DNA of 64,000 nucleotides, taken from contig OY771587.1 in NCBI GenBank assembly GCA_963674825.1, positions 992,001 to 1,056,000 of the forward strand, read 5' to 3'. The DNA comes from Candidatus Cloacimonadales bacterium (lineage in GTDB: Bacteria; Cloacimonadota; Cloacimonadia; Cloacimonadales; JAIOQZ01). The position numbers were made by a program, and so were the translations under genes. The number at the start of each line of letters is the position of its first letter. Position 1 is the stretch's first letter. The notes beneath the pieces are model-generated. The model saw nothing but the letters and a program-made list of their open reading frames with translations. It did no database searches and was not told where the DNA came from. Of the stretch, positions 38,019 through 49,128 are shown in pieces.

Positions 38019-39077
38019 TTACGGTATCAGGTTCGTGTCGTCATGGATGTTGCGGATGAACTCGGCGATGAGCTTCACAGCTTCATCCAGGTCCTTGAGC
38101 GACACCATTTCGCTGTCGGAGTGCATATAGCGGCACGGAATGCTGATGAGCCCGGTCGCGACACCAGCACGGGTGAGCTGGATAATGTCGATATCGGTAC
38201 CGGTGTAGCTGGAAGCAGGCTCGAGCTGATACTTGACCTTCGCCTTGTCCGCGGCTTCCTTGAGAAGCTTATAGACGCGCGGGTTGATACTGCTGCCTAC
38301 CGCTATCACGGGGCCGTCGCCGATCTTCACTTCGCCCATCTTCTTCTTGTCCATGCCGGGCACGGTGGAATCGAAGGTAACATCCACCGCCAGGCCGATC
38401 TCGGGATCAATCCCGTACGCGCTGGTACGAGCGCCACGAAGGCCGGTCTCCTCCTGCACGGAAGCGACGCAGTAAAGATTGACATCGAGTTCTTCGCCTG
38501 CAAGCTCTTTCAGAACGCCAGCAGCGACATATACACCGGTGCGGTCATCGGTTGCCTTGGAAAGGATGGTGTTGTTCTTGAGCGCGGTGAAATTGGGCTC
38601 AAATGTCGCCACATCGCCAACGCTAACAAGCTTCTCGGCTTCTTTCTTCGTATTGACGCCGATCTCGATCCAATGCTGGTCGAGGCTCGGAATTTTTTCG
38701 CGGTCGCCACCCTTCTTGAAGAAGTAATGCGGACGACAGATCACGCCGTGTACTTTCTTGTCTTCATGCAGAATCACCACACGGCTCATGGGCAATACCG
38801 AAAGGTCCGGGCCACCCAGGCTCTGGAAGTAGATGCGTCCGTCATCATCGATGTAGGACACCATCAGGCCGATCTCGTCGGCGTGACCAGAGATAAGCAA
38901 TTTGCGCTTACCCTTGCCTTTGCGGAAGGCGATGCAGTTGCCGTTGACATCGATTTTCACATCGTCACAATACGGTTTGACGAATTCACTGTAGATTTTC
39001 TGGACCGGCTGTTCGTGTCCTGACGGAGCACAGGTATTGACCAGATCCTTGAAGAATTTCTTGTTTTCAGCGTTCAT
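38019..39077 (-). CDS. M42 family aminopeptidase
   Basis: GHADEIG, KATDDR, QEETGLRGA, GTD, RYMHS. Confidence 0.93.
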   Translation of the reverse strand: MNAENKKFFKDLVNTCAPSGHEQPVQKIYSEFVKPYCDDVKIDVNGNCIAFRKGKGKRKLLISGHADEIGLMVSYIDDDGRIYFQSLGGPDLSVLPMSRVVILHEDKKVHGVICRPHYFFKKGGDREKIPSLDQHWIEIGVNTKKEAEKLVSVGDVATFEPNFTALKNNTILSKATDDRTGVYVAAGVLKELAGEELDVNLYCVASVQEETGLRGARTSAYGIDPEIGLAVDVTFDSTVPGMDKKKMGEVKIGDGPVIAVGSSINPRVYKLLKEAADKAKVKYQLEPASSYTGTDIDIIQLTRAGVATGLISIPCRYMHSDSEMVSLKDLDEAVKLIAEFIRNIHDDTNLIP

Positions 39078-39088
39078 AAAAAGTCCTT

Positions 39089-39490
39089 TTAGCAGTTGTT
39101 GGCTGTCCCCTGAGCAAAGGGATTCAGTGTCTTTTTCTTCGGTTGTTCCGGTTTTTGATGAGGAACCAGACAAAGGAAGCGCAGGATGCCTTCACCCGTG
39201 TTGCGGAACTGATGTTTCATGTAAGGATCGGCGTAAATTGCGTCCCAAGCCTTGAAGGGGATTTCCTTCTCCTCGGTTACGAACATACCTTCGCCTTCCA
39301 GAATAAACACTTCGTGTTCCCACGAGTGGCTGTGATACGGTGTGAACCCACCCGGCTGCACCTCGAACATGCGCATGGCGAAGTTGGGCGCGCCGTCTTT
39401 CTCCGCGATCATCCAGCGAATCTTCGTTGCCTTGGATCCCTCGATGTTGACGTCTTCCAGCGTGATTTTATCATAATGTGTCACTTTCAT
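39089..39490 (-). CDS. Cupin domain protein
   Basis: HSHSWEHE...HQFRN. Confidence 0.9.
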   Translation of the reverse strand: MKVTHYDKITLEDVNIEGSKATKIRWMIAEKDGAPNFAMRMFEVQPGGFTPYHSHSWEHEVFILEGEGMFVTEEKEIPFKAWDAIYADPYMKHQFRNTGEGILRFLCLVPHQKPEQPKKKTLNPFAQGTANNC

Positions 39491-39644
39491 TGTTCTGCTC
39501 CTTTTTATGTCCTTTTATTCATTATCATTTCAGATGCCTGTGGTGGCAAGTTTTTTTTCGCATTGCCTTTTTCCTTGACAATGAAAAGTGCTTAAGCATT
39601 GATTTTACAAACTTTCCTATAAATCGGTAATTCAAGGAAACATC

Positions 39645-40850
39645 ATGTATAAGAACGTGGACATTGTTATCGTTGGGGGTGGCCCTGCCGGATTATCCGC
39701 AGCGGAATACGCGGCAGGAGATGGACTTTGCGTCATCGTCCTTGAACGCAGCAAAGAAATCGGGTACCCCGTGCACACAAGCGGCGGTAGTTGGATCGAA
39801 GAGCTAGAAGCTCTCGGCATACCCGAAACGATGTACCACAAAATCTACGATGCGGAGTTCTGCTCGCCATCGAACGCCCACACCCTCCATTACGATGAGC
39901 CCGTAGTCTGCGTCATGGACGTTCGGGCAGTGTATCAACACCTCGCAATACGTGCATCATCCAAAGGTGTGGAGATATTCGTCGATGCAAGCGTTCGAGC
40001 ACCGATCGTGGAGAACGGGCAGATCGCTGGCGTTGCCGTCGATATCCACGGCGTCCGCAGCGAGATACGCGCGAAGATTGTCATCGATGCCAGTGGTGCG
40101 TCCTCGCTGATAGCACGCAAGATGGGTATCGTTCCGAAGTTCGATTCGTACGGCATCGGCGCTGAATACGAGCTTTATACTGAGACCTGGGATCAGAATA
40201 AGGTAACCTTCATGCTTGGCTCGGCCATCGCACCAGCCGGATATGGCTGGATTTTCCCCTGTGGCGAAAATCGGGTTCGAATCGGATCCGGCGTTATCTA
40301 TCCTAACATCAAGGAATCTCCTCTCAAGCTTCTCGACGCTTTCCTGGCAGACAACAACAATCGTCTCACCCGCCAGCTCATGCCGTTCAGCAGACTCGAG
40401 TTCCACCAGGGAATCGTGCCCAACATCGGCGTTGTGGAAACCAGCGTCAGCGACGGTTTGATCGTCGTGGGGGACGCCGCGTGCCAGGTTTCGGGTGTTG
40501 CCGGCGAAGGGATCCGCTACGCTATCGATATCGGACGAATGGCCGGAGCTACCGCGAAAAAGGCGGTTACTGGTAAGGATGTTTCACGCAAATCTTTGCA
40601 GGAATACGACCGGATGTGGCGCAAAAAGTACGAGAAGGTATTCAAATACGGCCACATGCTTAACGATAAATTCCGAGATTACAAAGATGCAGACTGGGAT
40701 CGAAGAGTCAGCGACCTTCCAAACATGGATGCCGTTGCCTTTGCGGATGTACTGCGCGGTAACCTGAAAACAACCGACATGATCAAGGCTGCCATGAAAA
40801 GCCCCAAGCTGATGATGAAAGGAATCACGAAGATCGTGCGCAAACTGTAG
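39645..40850 (+). CDS. Geranylgeranyl reductase family FAD oxidoreductase
   Basis: GGGPAG, DASG, PAGYGWIFP, VGDAA, GEGI. Confidence 0.85.
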   Translation: MYKNVDIVIVGGGPAGLSAAEYAAGDGLCVIVLERSKEIGYPVHTSGGSWIEELEALGIPETMYHKIYDAEFCSPSNAHTLHYDEPVVCVMDVRAVYQHLAIRASSKGVEIFVDASVRAPIVENGQIAGVAVDIHGVRSEIRAKIVIDASGASSLIARKMGIVPKFDSYGIGAEYELYTETWDQNKVTFMLGSAIAPAGYGWIFPCGENRVRIGSGVIYPNIKESPLKLLDAFLADNNNRLTRQLMPFSRLEFHQGIVPNIGVVETSVSDGLIVVGDAACQVSGVAGEGIRYAIDIGRMAGATAKKAVTGKDVSRKSLQEYDRMWRKKYEKVFKYGHMLNDKFRDYKDADWDRRVSDLPNMDAVAFADVLRGNLKTTDMIKAAMKSPKLMMKGITKIVRKL

Positions 40851-40959
40851 ATCGCTTCAGCAATCTTACCCCACTGAACGATCAGTATTTTATAACCTGC
40901 TTTGCATCAATACACCCTTTTTCCTTGACGTTCCGTTGCAATCCCATCACGCTACACGT

Positions 40960-42661
40960 GATGTGTAGAGGATATTGTCTGATTATTGCAGCGCTACTGC
41001 TGCTTCCGCTGTGCATGATCGCAGTGGAAAACGTCTTCCCGCTCGACGACGATTACGTGCGTCCGTGGGAGTTATTGCCCGAGATTCGAGAGATCGTGGA
41101 GATCAACCCGGAGATCGCGTCATGGCAAATCATCGGCACCAGCGGCACGGATCGCCTTCCCATCTACGCGATCAAGGTCTCCGATCACGTCACGCTATCC
41201 GAGACCTACAACCCCAAGCTGCTGTTTGTCGGTTCGCACCAATCGGAAGAAGTGATCGGCATCGAAGTGGTGCTAAACAACGCCCGTAAACTCATCGAAT
41301 CGTACGGCATCGATCCCTTCCTCACCGAGCTCATCGACTGCTACGAGCTCTGGTTTGTACCGACGGCGGACCCGGAGGGATTCAATCTCGTCAACGGTGG
41401 CAAAGTCCAGTACAAGCGAAAAAACAACACCGATACTGACTGGGACGGTATCTTCGAGCCTCTCGAAGACGGTGTCGATCTGAACAAAAACTATCCCTTC
41501 AACTGGGAGATGGGCGAATCCACCTGGAAGCGTTCCCGCTACTACAAAGGTGAATCACCCGCATCGGAACCGGAAGTTCAGGCGATGATGCAGCTGTACG
41601 ACACCTATCGATTCGAAGCGGCGATTTTTTATCATAGCTCCGCATTGGGTACTTATTCCGAGCGAGTCTTTTTCCCGTGGCGTTGGAACGACGACCTCTC
41701 CCCGGACTACGTCGGTATGTACCGCCTGGCGCGGGATGTTGCCTCCGAACTACCTAAAGATTTTGAAGATGGACGCTACACCGTGCACACCTGGAATAAC
41801 TTCCAGAACGGCTACGCGCGCGATTATATCTATTCCAGCTTCCATACATGGGCTTTGACGATCGAGTCAGGCGGCGATTCACCATACGGATACGGAATCA
41901 TTCAGCCGCCGAATTCGCTGCTACAGAAGCACCTGGAAAGCCACTGGAAGGCATTCCTTGCCTTCGTCAGGCACGTGCACGACAGCACCATCATTCTGCG
42001 ATTCACCGATAAGCACGATGAGCCTTACCGTGATTTGCCGATAATGATCGCCGAGCGCAGCCACCCGTTGATGCAGCCTATGCGCACTAACCGAGACGGC
42101 TATATCATCCGCATGCTCGAACCGGGCAATTTCACGCTCGACGCCGGTGGAACCGAACTGCATCTGACTAAAAAAGCGGGATACTCTTACGAGGAATTCG
42201 CCATCGACGCTCCTCGCCGAGAGCAGAATCCGCTTGTTTACAATGCGCTACAGCTATGCAAGGTTGATCCCAGCAGCGCATTCAACGAACTCGACACCTA
42301 CGAGTTTCACCCTGGGACCTGCCTGCGATTGACCGCGAAGCCGGACAAATCGATACGAGCCATCAACATCCAATTGCACGGAAACCAGCGCGACTACCCC
42401 ATTCGGTTGAAGTTCAAAGTCTTCGCAGGCTTGCATCGAGCCTACGATCAGGTTGTGGATTACAATGGCGGAATCCTGCGCATACCGCTGGATAAACGTA
42501 CACGAATCGAAAATCTGAGTGTTATTATCGAACAACTGGACATAAAATCTTATCAACTGTATAAATGGCAACATGGAATGAGCTGGGAACAGGCCGTTCG
42601 CTTCTCGCATTGGCAGGAGCTGGAAGGTAGAGCAATCGGAGTACAGGTAACATATGAATAA
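40960..42661 (+). CDS. M14 zinc carboxypeptidase, secreted
   Basis: HQSE, RKN, GVDLNKNY, SEPE, YHS; exact start uncertain. Confidence 0.85.
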
Positions 42662-43454
42662 TCTAATATATATCAATGAAATACGTAAATATGTACGCCA
42701 GGCCGGCGCTATGATCAACGAGAAGTTTGGCAAGATCGGCCATTACGACACCAAATCAACAAAGTTCGATCCGGTCACCGAAGTCGATAAAGCAGTCGAG
42801 CGCTATCTGAAAGAGCGCTTTACAGAGCTGATCCCGGAGAGCGTCTTCCTCGCCGAAGAGACAGCGAGCGAGATGAAAACCGGAAAATATGTCTGGATCA
42901 TCGATCCCATCGACGGAACCATCAATTTCTTGCATGGTTTTCCGTTCGTATGCTGCTCGGTAGCGCTTTACATTGACGATAAACCTTATTACGGCATTGT
43001 CTTCGATCCCATCAACGACGAACTCTTCGAGGCAGCACCCGGAAAAGGCAGCTTCCTTAACAGTGAAAGGATTCTTGTGTCGAACCACACCAGGCTGGAG
43101 CAATGTCTCCTCGCTACAGGCTTCCCGTATGACTACGCCACAAGCCGCGAGAACAACTTTCGCTATTTCAACCATTTCCATCAGCGTGTGCAGGGCATCC
43201 GACGCCCGGGCAGCGCTGCACTCGACCTATGCTGTGTTGCCTGTGGAAGATTCGACGGCTTTTGGGAATGGCGTTTGAACCCTTGGGATGTTGCGGCTGG
43301 CAAGCTTATCGTCGAAGAGGCCGGCGGAATTATCACCAACTTCGAGGGCACACCGCACAAGCTGGACGACATCGGCATCCTGGCAGCAGCTCCCGCGATC
43401 CATCCCCTGATGCAGAAAGAGATAACAATCCTGCTGGATCGGGTGGAGGATTAA
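42654..43454 (+). CDS. suhB: Inositol monophosphatase family protein
   Basis: WIIDPIDGTINF, GSAALDL, WDVAAG. Confidence 0.92.
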   Translation: MNNLIYINEIRKYVRQAGAMINEKFGKIGHYDTKSTKFDPVTEVDKAVERYLKERFTELIPESVFLAEETASEMKTGKYVWIIDPIDGTINFLHGFPFVCCSVALYIDDKPYYGIVFDPINDELFEAAPGKGSFLNSERILVSNHTRLEQCLLATGFPYDYATSRENNFRYFNHFHQRVQGIRRPGSAALDLCCVACGRFDGFWEWRLNPWDVAAGKLIVEEAGGIITNFEGTPHKLDDIGILAAAPAIHPLMQKEITILLDRVED

Positions 43455-45568
43455 TGAAACTGACGGCGTTTCTCGGTGCGAACTACCGGAGATGGTACTT
43501 TGCTCTGTTGATCGCCTGCCTCCTGACCGGTATCTCGTACGCAATCTATCGTATTCCGCTCTTTCAGGTGCTTGAGCGCAAGGTGGAAGACCTACACTTC
43601 ATCCTGAACGAAACAGTCCCCGATTCATCCATCGTCATGATCGCCATCGACGATAATTCGCTGGAGTTCACCCGTGAAAATCACCTTCCGTGGCCATGGC
43701 CCCGCGATATTTGGTACCCTATTTTAAGCTTCATGAACGTAGCCGAAGCACGAAATATCCTGTTCGATCTGCAATTCACCGATCCCGATTTTGACCGGGC
43801 CGAGACCTTCGCCGACGAGACCGACGGCATGTTCGCAGAGGCGATCCGCATGAAAAGCGATGTAATATTGGGCGTTCAGCTCGTCCCGGAATCGACGATG
43901 GTCTCGCGGGACATCGGCACATTCTGTCTCGAAAAACCCGACACGCACATCGAGAACCGCTATCAGGGTATGCTGGAGCCCATCGAGGTACTGCGTAAGG
44001 CTGCCTCCAATCTGGGCGTGATCAACGTGGAACCAGACGACGATGGTATTATCCGGCGAATCCCGCTCTATTACAGCATTCATGACATTATACTTCCGCA
44101 GCTTGCACTGACACCAGTCTGCGATCGCGACAACGACATTCATACCGACAAGGAAGGAAAGTTCCGCCTATACTGGTATGGAGGTGGTGGTGTGGACGGT
44201 GCGTTCGGCAAACAGTATATCTCGATGTGTTATGTGCTGGCTCTGGCCCGTCAGCATCTTTACGGTGATGGAAGCCCAGAAGCTGACGCGCTGCTTCAGC
44301 GCTTGCGTGGAAAATATGTCATCATCGGCACCACAGCCGGTGGACTCTTCGACCTGAAACCCACCCCTACTGATCGCATCTTCCCAGGCATGGAAATCTG
44401 GGCTACGGCGCTCAGCAATTACCTCCAAGGCGACAATATCTACAATCTTCCCCTCTGGCTGCACCTATCGATTCTGGTGCTTATAGCTTTCGGTGTCTAT
44501 TTCAGCTTCGCTCGCTTCGAGCAGAGCGTGATCGTTCCGCTGTTGGCGTCCGTCGCGGGGATCATTCTTCTCAGTGGCATCTGCTGGCATTTCTGGAACC
44601 TGTTGCTGCCTGTCATCTCGATCCTTAACACATTCCTGATCGCCTATATTGTCACCGCAACGACTCACTACCTGCTTGAAGGTCGCGCCAAACGGCAAAT
44701 CCGCTCCGTTTTCAGCCGTTATCTGAGCGCGGATGTAGTACATGAACTGATCCGCGACCCAGACAAAGTCGAAATGGGTGGCAAAGAGGTCGACGCGACG
44801 GTATTCTTCTCCGATATCGCTGATTTTACCCACATCTCCGAGAGCCGTACACCCAAAGAACTTGTGCGCTATCTCAACGAATATTTCAACAACTTTGTTG
44901 ATATCCTCCTTTCGCGAGGCGGCCTTCTGGATAAATATACTGGCGACGGACTCATGGCGCTGTTTGGCGTTCCGATCCCGCGGCACGACCACGCAGTTTC
45001 CGCCTGTCTTGCTGCGCTGGAGCACAAACGGCTCAGTCGCACGCTGATCGAGAATCCAGGCGCGGATTTCACCCGGCATTTCCACCTTAATACACGCATC
45101 GGAATTAATTCCGGCAAGATCGTATCCGGCAACATCGGCTCCGTCAAGCGCATGGACTACACAGCTATCGGTGATGACGTGAATCTGGCCGCTCGGCTGG
45201 AAGGGGTGAACAAGATCTATCACACCTCGATCATGATCAGCGAATCGACCTTCAAGCTGGTCGAGCACGCCATCCAGTGCAGGGAACTTGACACAATCCG
45301 AGTGAAGGGTAAGGATAAGCCCACAAAGATATACGAGGTTATCGCGCCGATCGACGAACCATATGACAAGAAACTCGTCGATCTTTACGCAACTGCGCTG
45401 GAATTGTACCGTGACGGCGCATGGTCGGAAGCAGCAAAGATCTTCCAGAAGCTTTCCGAAACGCCATTCTATGACGGAGCATCCGGCGAGATGCATCAGC
45501 GCTGTATACGATACAGAAAGCAACCTCCCCGTGAGTGGGACGGTGTGCACACACTGGAGGTCAAATGA
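43454..45568 (+). CDS. CHASE2-domain class III adenylate cyclase
   Basis: WPWPR CHASE2 motif, 3 TM helices, FSDIADFT, DKYTGDG, YTAIGDDVNLAARLE. Confidence 0.92.
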   Translation: MKLTAFLGANYRRWYFALLIACLLTGISYAIYRIPLFQVLERKVEDLHFILNETVPDSSIVMIAIDDNSLEFTRENHLPWPWPRDIWYPILSFMNVAEARNILFDLQFTDPDFDRAETFADETDGMFAEAIRMKSDVILGVQLVPESTMVSRDIGTFCLEKPDTHIENRYQGMLEPIEVLRKAASNLGVINVEPDDDGIIRRIPLYYSIHDIILPQLALTPVCDRDNDIHTDKEGKFRLYWYGGGGVDGAFGKQYISMCYVLALARQHLYGDGSPEADALLQRLRGKYVIIGTTAGGLFDLKPTPTDRIFPGMEIWATALSNYLQGDNIYNLPLWLHLSILVLIAFGVYFSFARFEQSVIVPLLASVAGIILLSGICWHFWNLLLPVISILNTFLIAYIVTATTHYLLEGRAKRQIRSVFSRYLSADVVHELIRDPDKVEMGGKEVDATVFFSDIADFTHISESRTPKELVRYLNEYFNNFVDILLSRGGLLDKYTGDGLMALFGVPIPRHDHAVSACLAALEHKRLSRTLIENPGADFTRHFHLNTRIGINSGKIVSGNIGSVKRMDYTAIGDDVNLAARLEGVNKIYHTSIMISESTFKLVEHAIQCRELDTIRVKGKDKPTKIYEVIAPIDEPYDKKLVDLYATALELYRDGAWSEAAKIFQKLSETPFYDGASGEMHQRCIRYRKQPPREWDGVHTLEVK

Positions 45569-46788
45569 TCCGAAGACTCCTGATTTTAACAATACTGCTG
45601 GCCATCGGGCTGGCTCATGCCAAGCAGATCACTATCAAGCGCGTTCGCTCCTATCTACGCGAGGGACCTGGTTCATTCTACGAGGTCATCACCGAACTAC
45701 CAGTCGGTGAATCATACGAAATTCAAGAGACCGTTGGACGTTGGGTTAAGATTGCCAGCAACGATCAGGTTGGATTCGTCTCCGAGCGCGCCGGAACAGA
45801 GGCCAAGGGACGCAACGCAATCAACGATCTCGGCTCGGATGTCCCCTCGATTCAGGTGTCGCGGCACGGAATGTCGGCGGGAGCGAAGGGATTCTCCGGC
45901 AGGGTGTCGAAGCTGCATGGCGGTAGCGTCAAGGGTGTTCAGGCCATCCTGGATTACAAGATCAATTTGACTAAGTATGGCAACTTCGCCTTGCGCGGTA
46001 AGAACGACTACCATATCGTTTCTCAACGTAAGCCGTCTATCCCGCCGAGTGACGCGCCGGAGTTCTTCTCCTTCAAGGAGGAGATCGTCGGCTTTACGCT
46101 GGCAGCATCGGTTATGGAGAAGTACGGCGTGGTGGAAAACGACATCTGGATGAACTACATCAACTGCCTGGGTAACTATGTGGCGTCTAACAGCGAGGGA
46201 TACGACCGTGAATTCCGCTTCTTTATCCTGGATATCCCCGAAGCGAACGCCTATGCCTTCCCCGGTGGGGTGATCCTGATCACAAAAGGCCTCCTGCAAT
46301 TGCTGGATAACGAAGCCGAACTGGCCGTCGTGCTCGGGCATGAAATCGCGCATGTCAATCGCTTCCACGGCCTGATGGAGATGGAGAAGCGTAAGCATCA
46401 CATCAACGCTGAAAACGCATTTAGCGAGCTGGACGAAGAAGTCCCAGACGCCTACGACGAGCATGCGAAGGAGATCGAAGCGGAACTGGAAGAGGACCTG
46501 CTGAGCATCTACGAAACACTGGTGGAAGGACGGCTTGACCAGTACGAACAGGAAGCCGACCAACTGGCGATGATCTACGCTGCACGCTCCGGATACGACC
46601 CGATCGCGCTCGGATTAGTGCTGCAAAGGCTGCAAGGCGCGTCCTGCAATAACGAACACATGCGCTCGGAGATCGTTGGAAAGCGAGTGGAATGGTTCAA
46701 TGCATCGAAGGATAAATTCAGTCGCATTCGTGGCGTGCAGATGAATCGAGAAAGATTTATGGAGAAAAAGCTTCAGGCTGGCTGGTAG
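45565..46788 (+). CDS. SH3 + M48 family metalloprotease
   Basis: Signal peptide, LREGPG SH3b-like segment, NAYAFPGG, HEIAH, EQEAD. Confidence 0.88.
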   Translation: MIRRLLILTILLAIGLAHAKQITIKRVRSYLREGPGSFYEVITELPVGESYEIQETVGRWVKIASNDQVGFVSERAGTEAKGRNAINDLGSDVPSIQVSRHGMSAGAKGFSGRVSKLHGGSVKGVQAILDYKINLTKYGNFALRGKNDYHIVSQRKPSIPPSDAPEFFSFKEEIVGFTLAASVMEKYGVVENDIWMNYINCLGNYVASNSEGYDREFRFFILDIPEANAYAFPGGVILITKGLLQLLDNEAELAVVLGHEIAHVNRFHGLMEMEKRKHHINAENAFSELDEEVPDAYDEHAKEIEAELEEDLLSIYETLVEGRLDQYEQEADQLAMIYAARSGYDPIALGLVLQRLQGASCNNEHMRSEIVGKRVEWFNASKDKFSRIRGVQMNRERFMEKKLQAGW

Positions 46789-47078
46789 CCAAATCGGCTC
46801 ATATCGATACGGTCGTCCTCATCGAATTCAACGCCCTCTTGCAGGAGCATCATTTTCTGTTCTTCGTAGCCGTCACCCGGCTGAAGCGAGATCATACCCT
46901 TTGAATTGACCACCCGAAACCACGGCAGATCGTGCTTGCCTGTCTGCGTATGCAGTATTCTTACCACCTGGCGTGCACCTCGTGGCGATCCGGCAGCCTT
47001 GGCTATTCCACCATACGTACAAACCTTTCCGTTCGGGATGGACTGGATGATCTCGACGACTCGCTGAGTAAATGTCAT
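46773..47078 (-). CDS. Alkyltransferase-like (ATL/MGMT family) protein
   Basis: IPNGKVCTYG; PWFRV in place of catalytic PCHRV. Confidence 0.9.
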   Translation of the reverse strand: MTFTQRVVEIIQSIPNGKVCTYGGIAKAAGSPRGARQVVRILHTQTGKHDLPWFRVVNSKGMISLQPGDGYEEQKMMLLQEGVEFDEDDRIDMSRFGYQPA

Positions 47079-47288
47079 GTGTTCTCCTTCTATCCGGGTG
47101 AATCAAGTTAGGTAGTCTCTTCGCTGATGGCAAGGAATTCTTTCTCGTCCTCGAGCAATATCCATCTGGGGACAGAACAGCGCTGAGCCAATGCAGGCAT
47201 AAGATTTTTCTCGAATAGATTGACTTTCTGGAACGGGGGTGTATAGAGCAATTATGATCAAAAGCGCTTACGATCGAGAGGAGAGTGG

Positions 47289-48149
47289 ATGGATTATCGC
47301 CGCACAATCCAGTGCAGCATCGACTACATCGAACGGAAATTGACAGGGAAGCTCGACCTGGAGATGGTCGCGGACTTCGCCGGGTTCTCACCCTATTATT
47401 TCCTGCGGATGTTCCGGGCATGTACGGGCTACACACCCAAGGAGTACATCCAGTTGCGGCGGCTGTCCAAAGCGGGAAGAGACCTTCTCTTCACACGTGA
47501 CACGATCCTCACTATCGCCAGAAAATATGGCTTCGACTCCCAAGAGGCGTTCACCCGCGCATTTAAAAAACAGCACGGCGTAACCCCGGGAAAACTGAGA
47601 AAAACCAGGCAGGCGGTCTGCTACGTCAGTCCGGTCAATGCCCTTGGTTCAACCGCGAAAGCAACAACAGGAGTAAGCATGACACCGAAGATCGTCGAAA
47701 TGGGCGAAATGAAAGTGATCGGCCTCAAGTGCCAGACCACGATGAAAGAAAACACGATCCCGCAGCTTTGGGGCCAATTCAACACAAACTGCAACCGGGT
47801 CCCTAACCGCACGGACGATAAGTTTGCTTTGGGCGTATGCCCGTATGTCGATATGGAGCACTTTGACGAAAATACACCGTTCGAGTACATTACCGGGCTG
47901 GCTGTAACTACGTTCGATAACGTTCCAGAAGATATGGTCGCATATACCATTCCAGCAGCTAAATACGCCGTGTTCACCCACAAAGGCGCGCTGGACACAC
48001 TTCAGGACACCTACAACCAAATCTTTGGAACCGCACTCTCCGAAAACGGCCTCGAGCTGGACTCCAAAGATCAGATCGAGCTTTACGATGAGCGCTTCAA
48101 ATGGGGCGAACCCGACTCGGAGTTCGACATCTACATCCCAGTGAAATAA
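47289..48149 (+). CDS. AraC family regulator with GyrI-like effector domain
   Basis: YGFDSQEAFTRAFKK; C-terminal YAVFTHKG...IYIPV. Confidence 0.92.
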   Translation: MDYRRTIQCSIDYIERKLTGKLDLEMVADFAGFSPYYFLRMFRACTGYTPKEYIQLRRLSKAGRDLLFTRDTILTIARKYGFDSQEAFTRAFKKQHGVTPGKLRKTRQAVCYVSPVNALGSTAKATTGVSMTPKIVEMGEMKVIGLKCQTTMKENTIPQLWGQFNTNCNRVPNRTDDKFALGVCPYVDMEHFDENTPFEYITGLAVTTFDNVPEDMVAYTIPAAKYAVFTHKGALDTLQDTYNQIFGTALSENGLELDSKDQIELYDERFKWGEPDSEFDIYIPVK

Positions 48150-48170
48150 ACCGCAACACCACATTATATT

Positions 48171-48690
48171 GTAAGGGCAATCTTTTATGGTTGCCCTTTT
48201 TCTTCGTTGTGCCAGACACATTCGAAAGATGATTTCATGAGGCCACAAGAATAGAGACAGCAGGCAAAGGTGCCTGCATTCCATAAGAGAAAGGGCAGGC
48301 ACAGGGACCTGCCCCTACATCGGCCCCTGGGTACGCAGACGTCTCGTCTGCACGCATTCTCTTTGGATCGCCAAGCACCAGCTTGGCATCTCTATTCTCC
48401 CTCGATACGCGTCTGGCCCTTCGACTCCGCTCAGGGTGACACAGACGCTACTCGGGATGACACAGGAGTAGTTTCGCACCAATAACCGTGTCATGCTGAG
48501 CCGTGAGTTTTGCGAAGCACAAACTCGAATCCCCCAAGAATCGGAGATCAGCGCCTACATCCTGGGAACGCGGACGTCCCCGTCCGCATCTCTACTCCTC
48601 CTCTTCTACTAACGTCCACCATACATGAAATCAACATCCGGAAGAGCCTCACGCTGTTCGGCACATTCAGAAGATGATTTCATGGGCAAC
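48171..48690. repeat. Cluster of mixed REP-like palindromes
   Basis: GTA(A/G)GGGC-type at 48171 and 48293; CCTGGG(T/A)AC-GCRGACG-type at 48326 and 48561; CCTTCGACTCCGCTCAGG-type at 48418. Confidence 0.75.
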
Positions 48691-48771
48691 CGCTGCGGTC
48701 AGATTCCTTTCTTTCGGTGAGGTTTGTCTTGACGTAATACGATCGGGTATAAAAATACTTGACGATAAAAA

Positions 48772-48798
48772 CTGGCACTCTAAAAAAGTGTTTGCTAA
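48772..48798 (+). promoter_or_regulatory. CIRCE (HrcA operator)-like element
   Basis: CTGGCACTC-N9-GTTTGCTAA versus consensus TTAGCACTC-N9-GAGTGCTAA, upstream of groES. Confidence 0.8.
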
Positions 48799-48855
48799 TT
48801 TCATGATTGGGATTAGTCTTATTTACGTGATAAAAAACCTGTAAGGAGGAACGAT

Positions 48856-49125
48856 ATGGAAATCAGACCGCTTGACGACAGAGTGGTGATTAAGCCCTTA
48901 GTAGTGAAGGAGAAGACCGTTGGTGGGATTATTATCCCGGATACAGCGAAGGAAAAACCGCAGATCGGTGAGATCATCGCAGTTGGAACCGACGAAGAGC
49001 TCAAAGAGATCGTGAAGATCGGCGACCGGATTCTCTACGCGAAGTATGGCGGCACAGAAGTTGAGATCGACGCTGTTAAGTATCTGATCGTATCGCGCAG
49101 CGATATTCTGGCGATTGTCGAGTAA
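48856..49125 (+). CDS. groES: Co-chaperonin GroES
   Basis: [31 protein letters not shown]. Confidence 0.96.
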   Translation: MEIRPLDDRVVIKPLVVKEKTVGGIIIPDTAKEKPQIGEIIAVGTDEELKEIVKIGDRILYAKYGGTEVEIDAVKYLIVSRSDILAIVE

Positions 49126-49128
49126 GCT

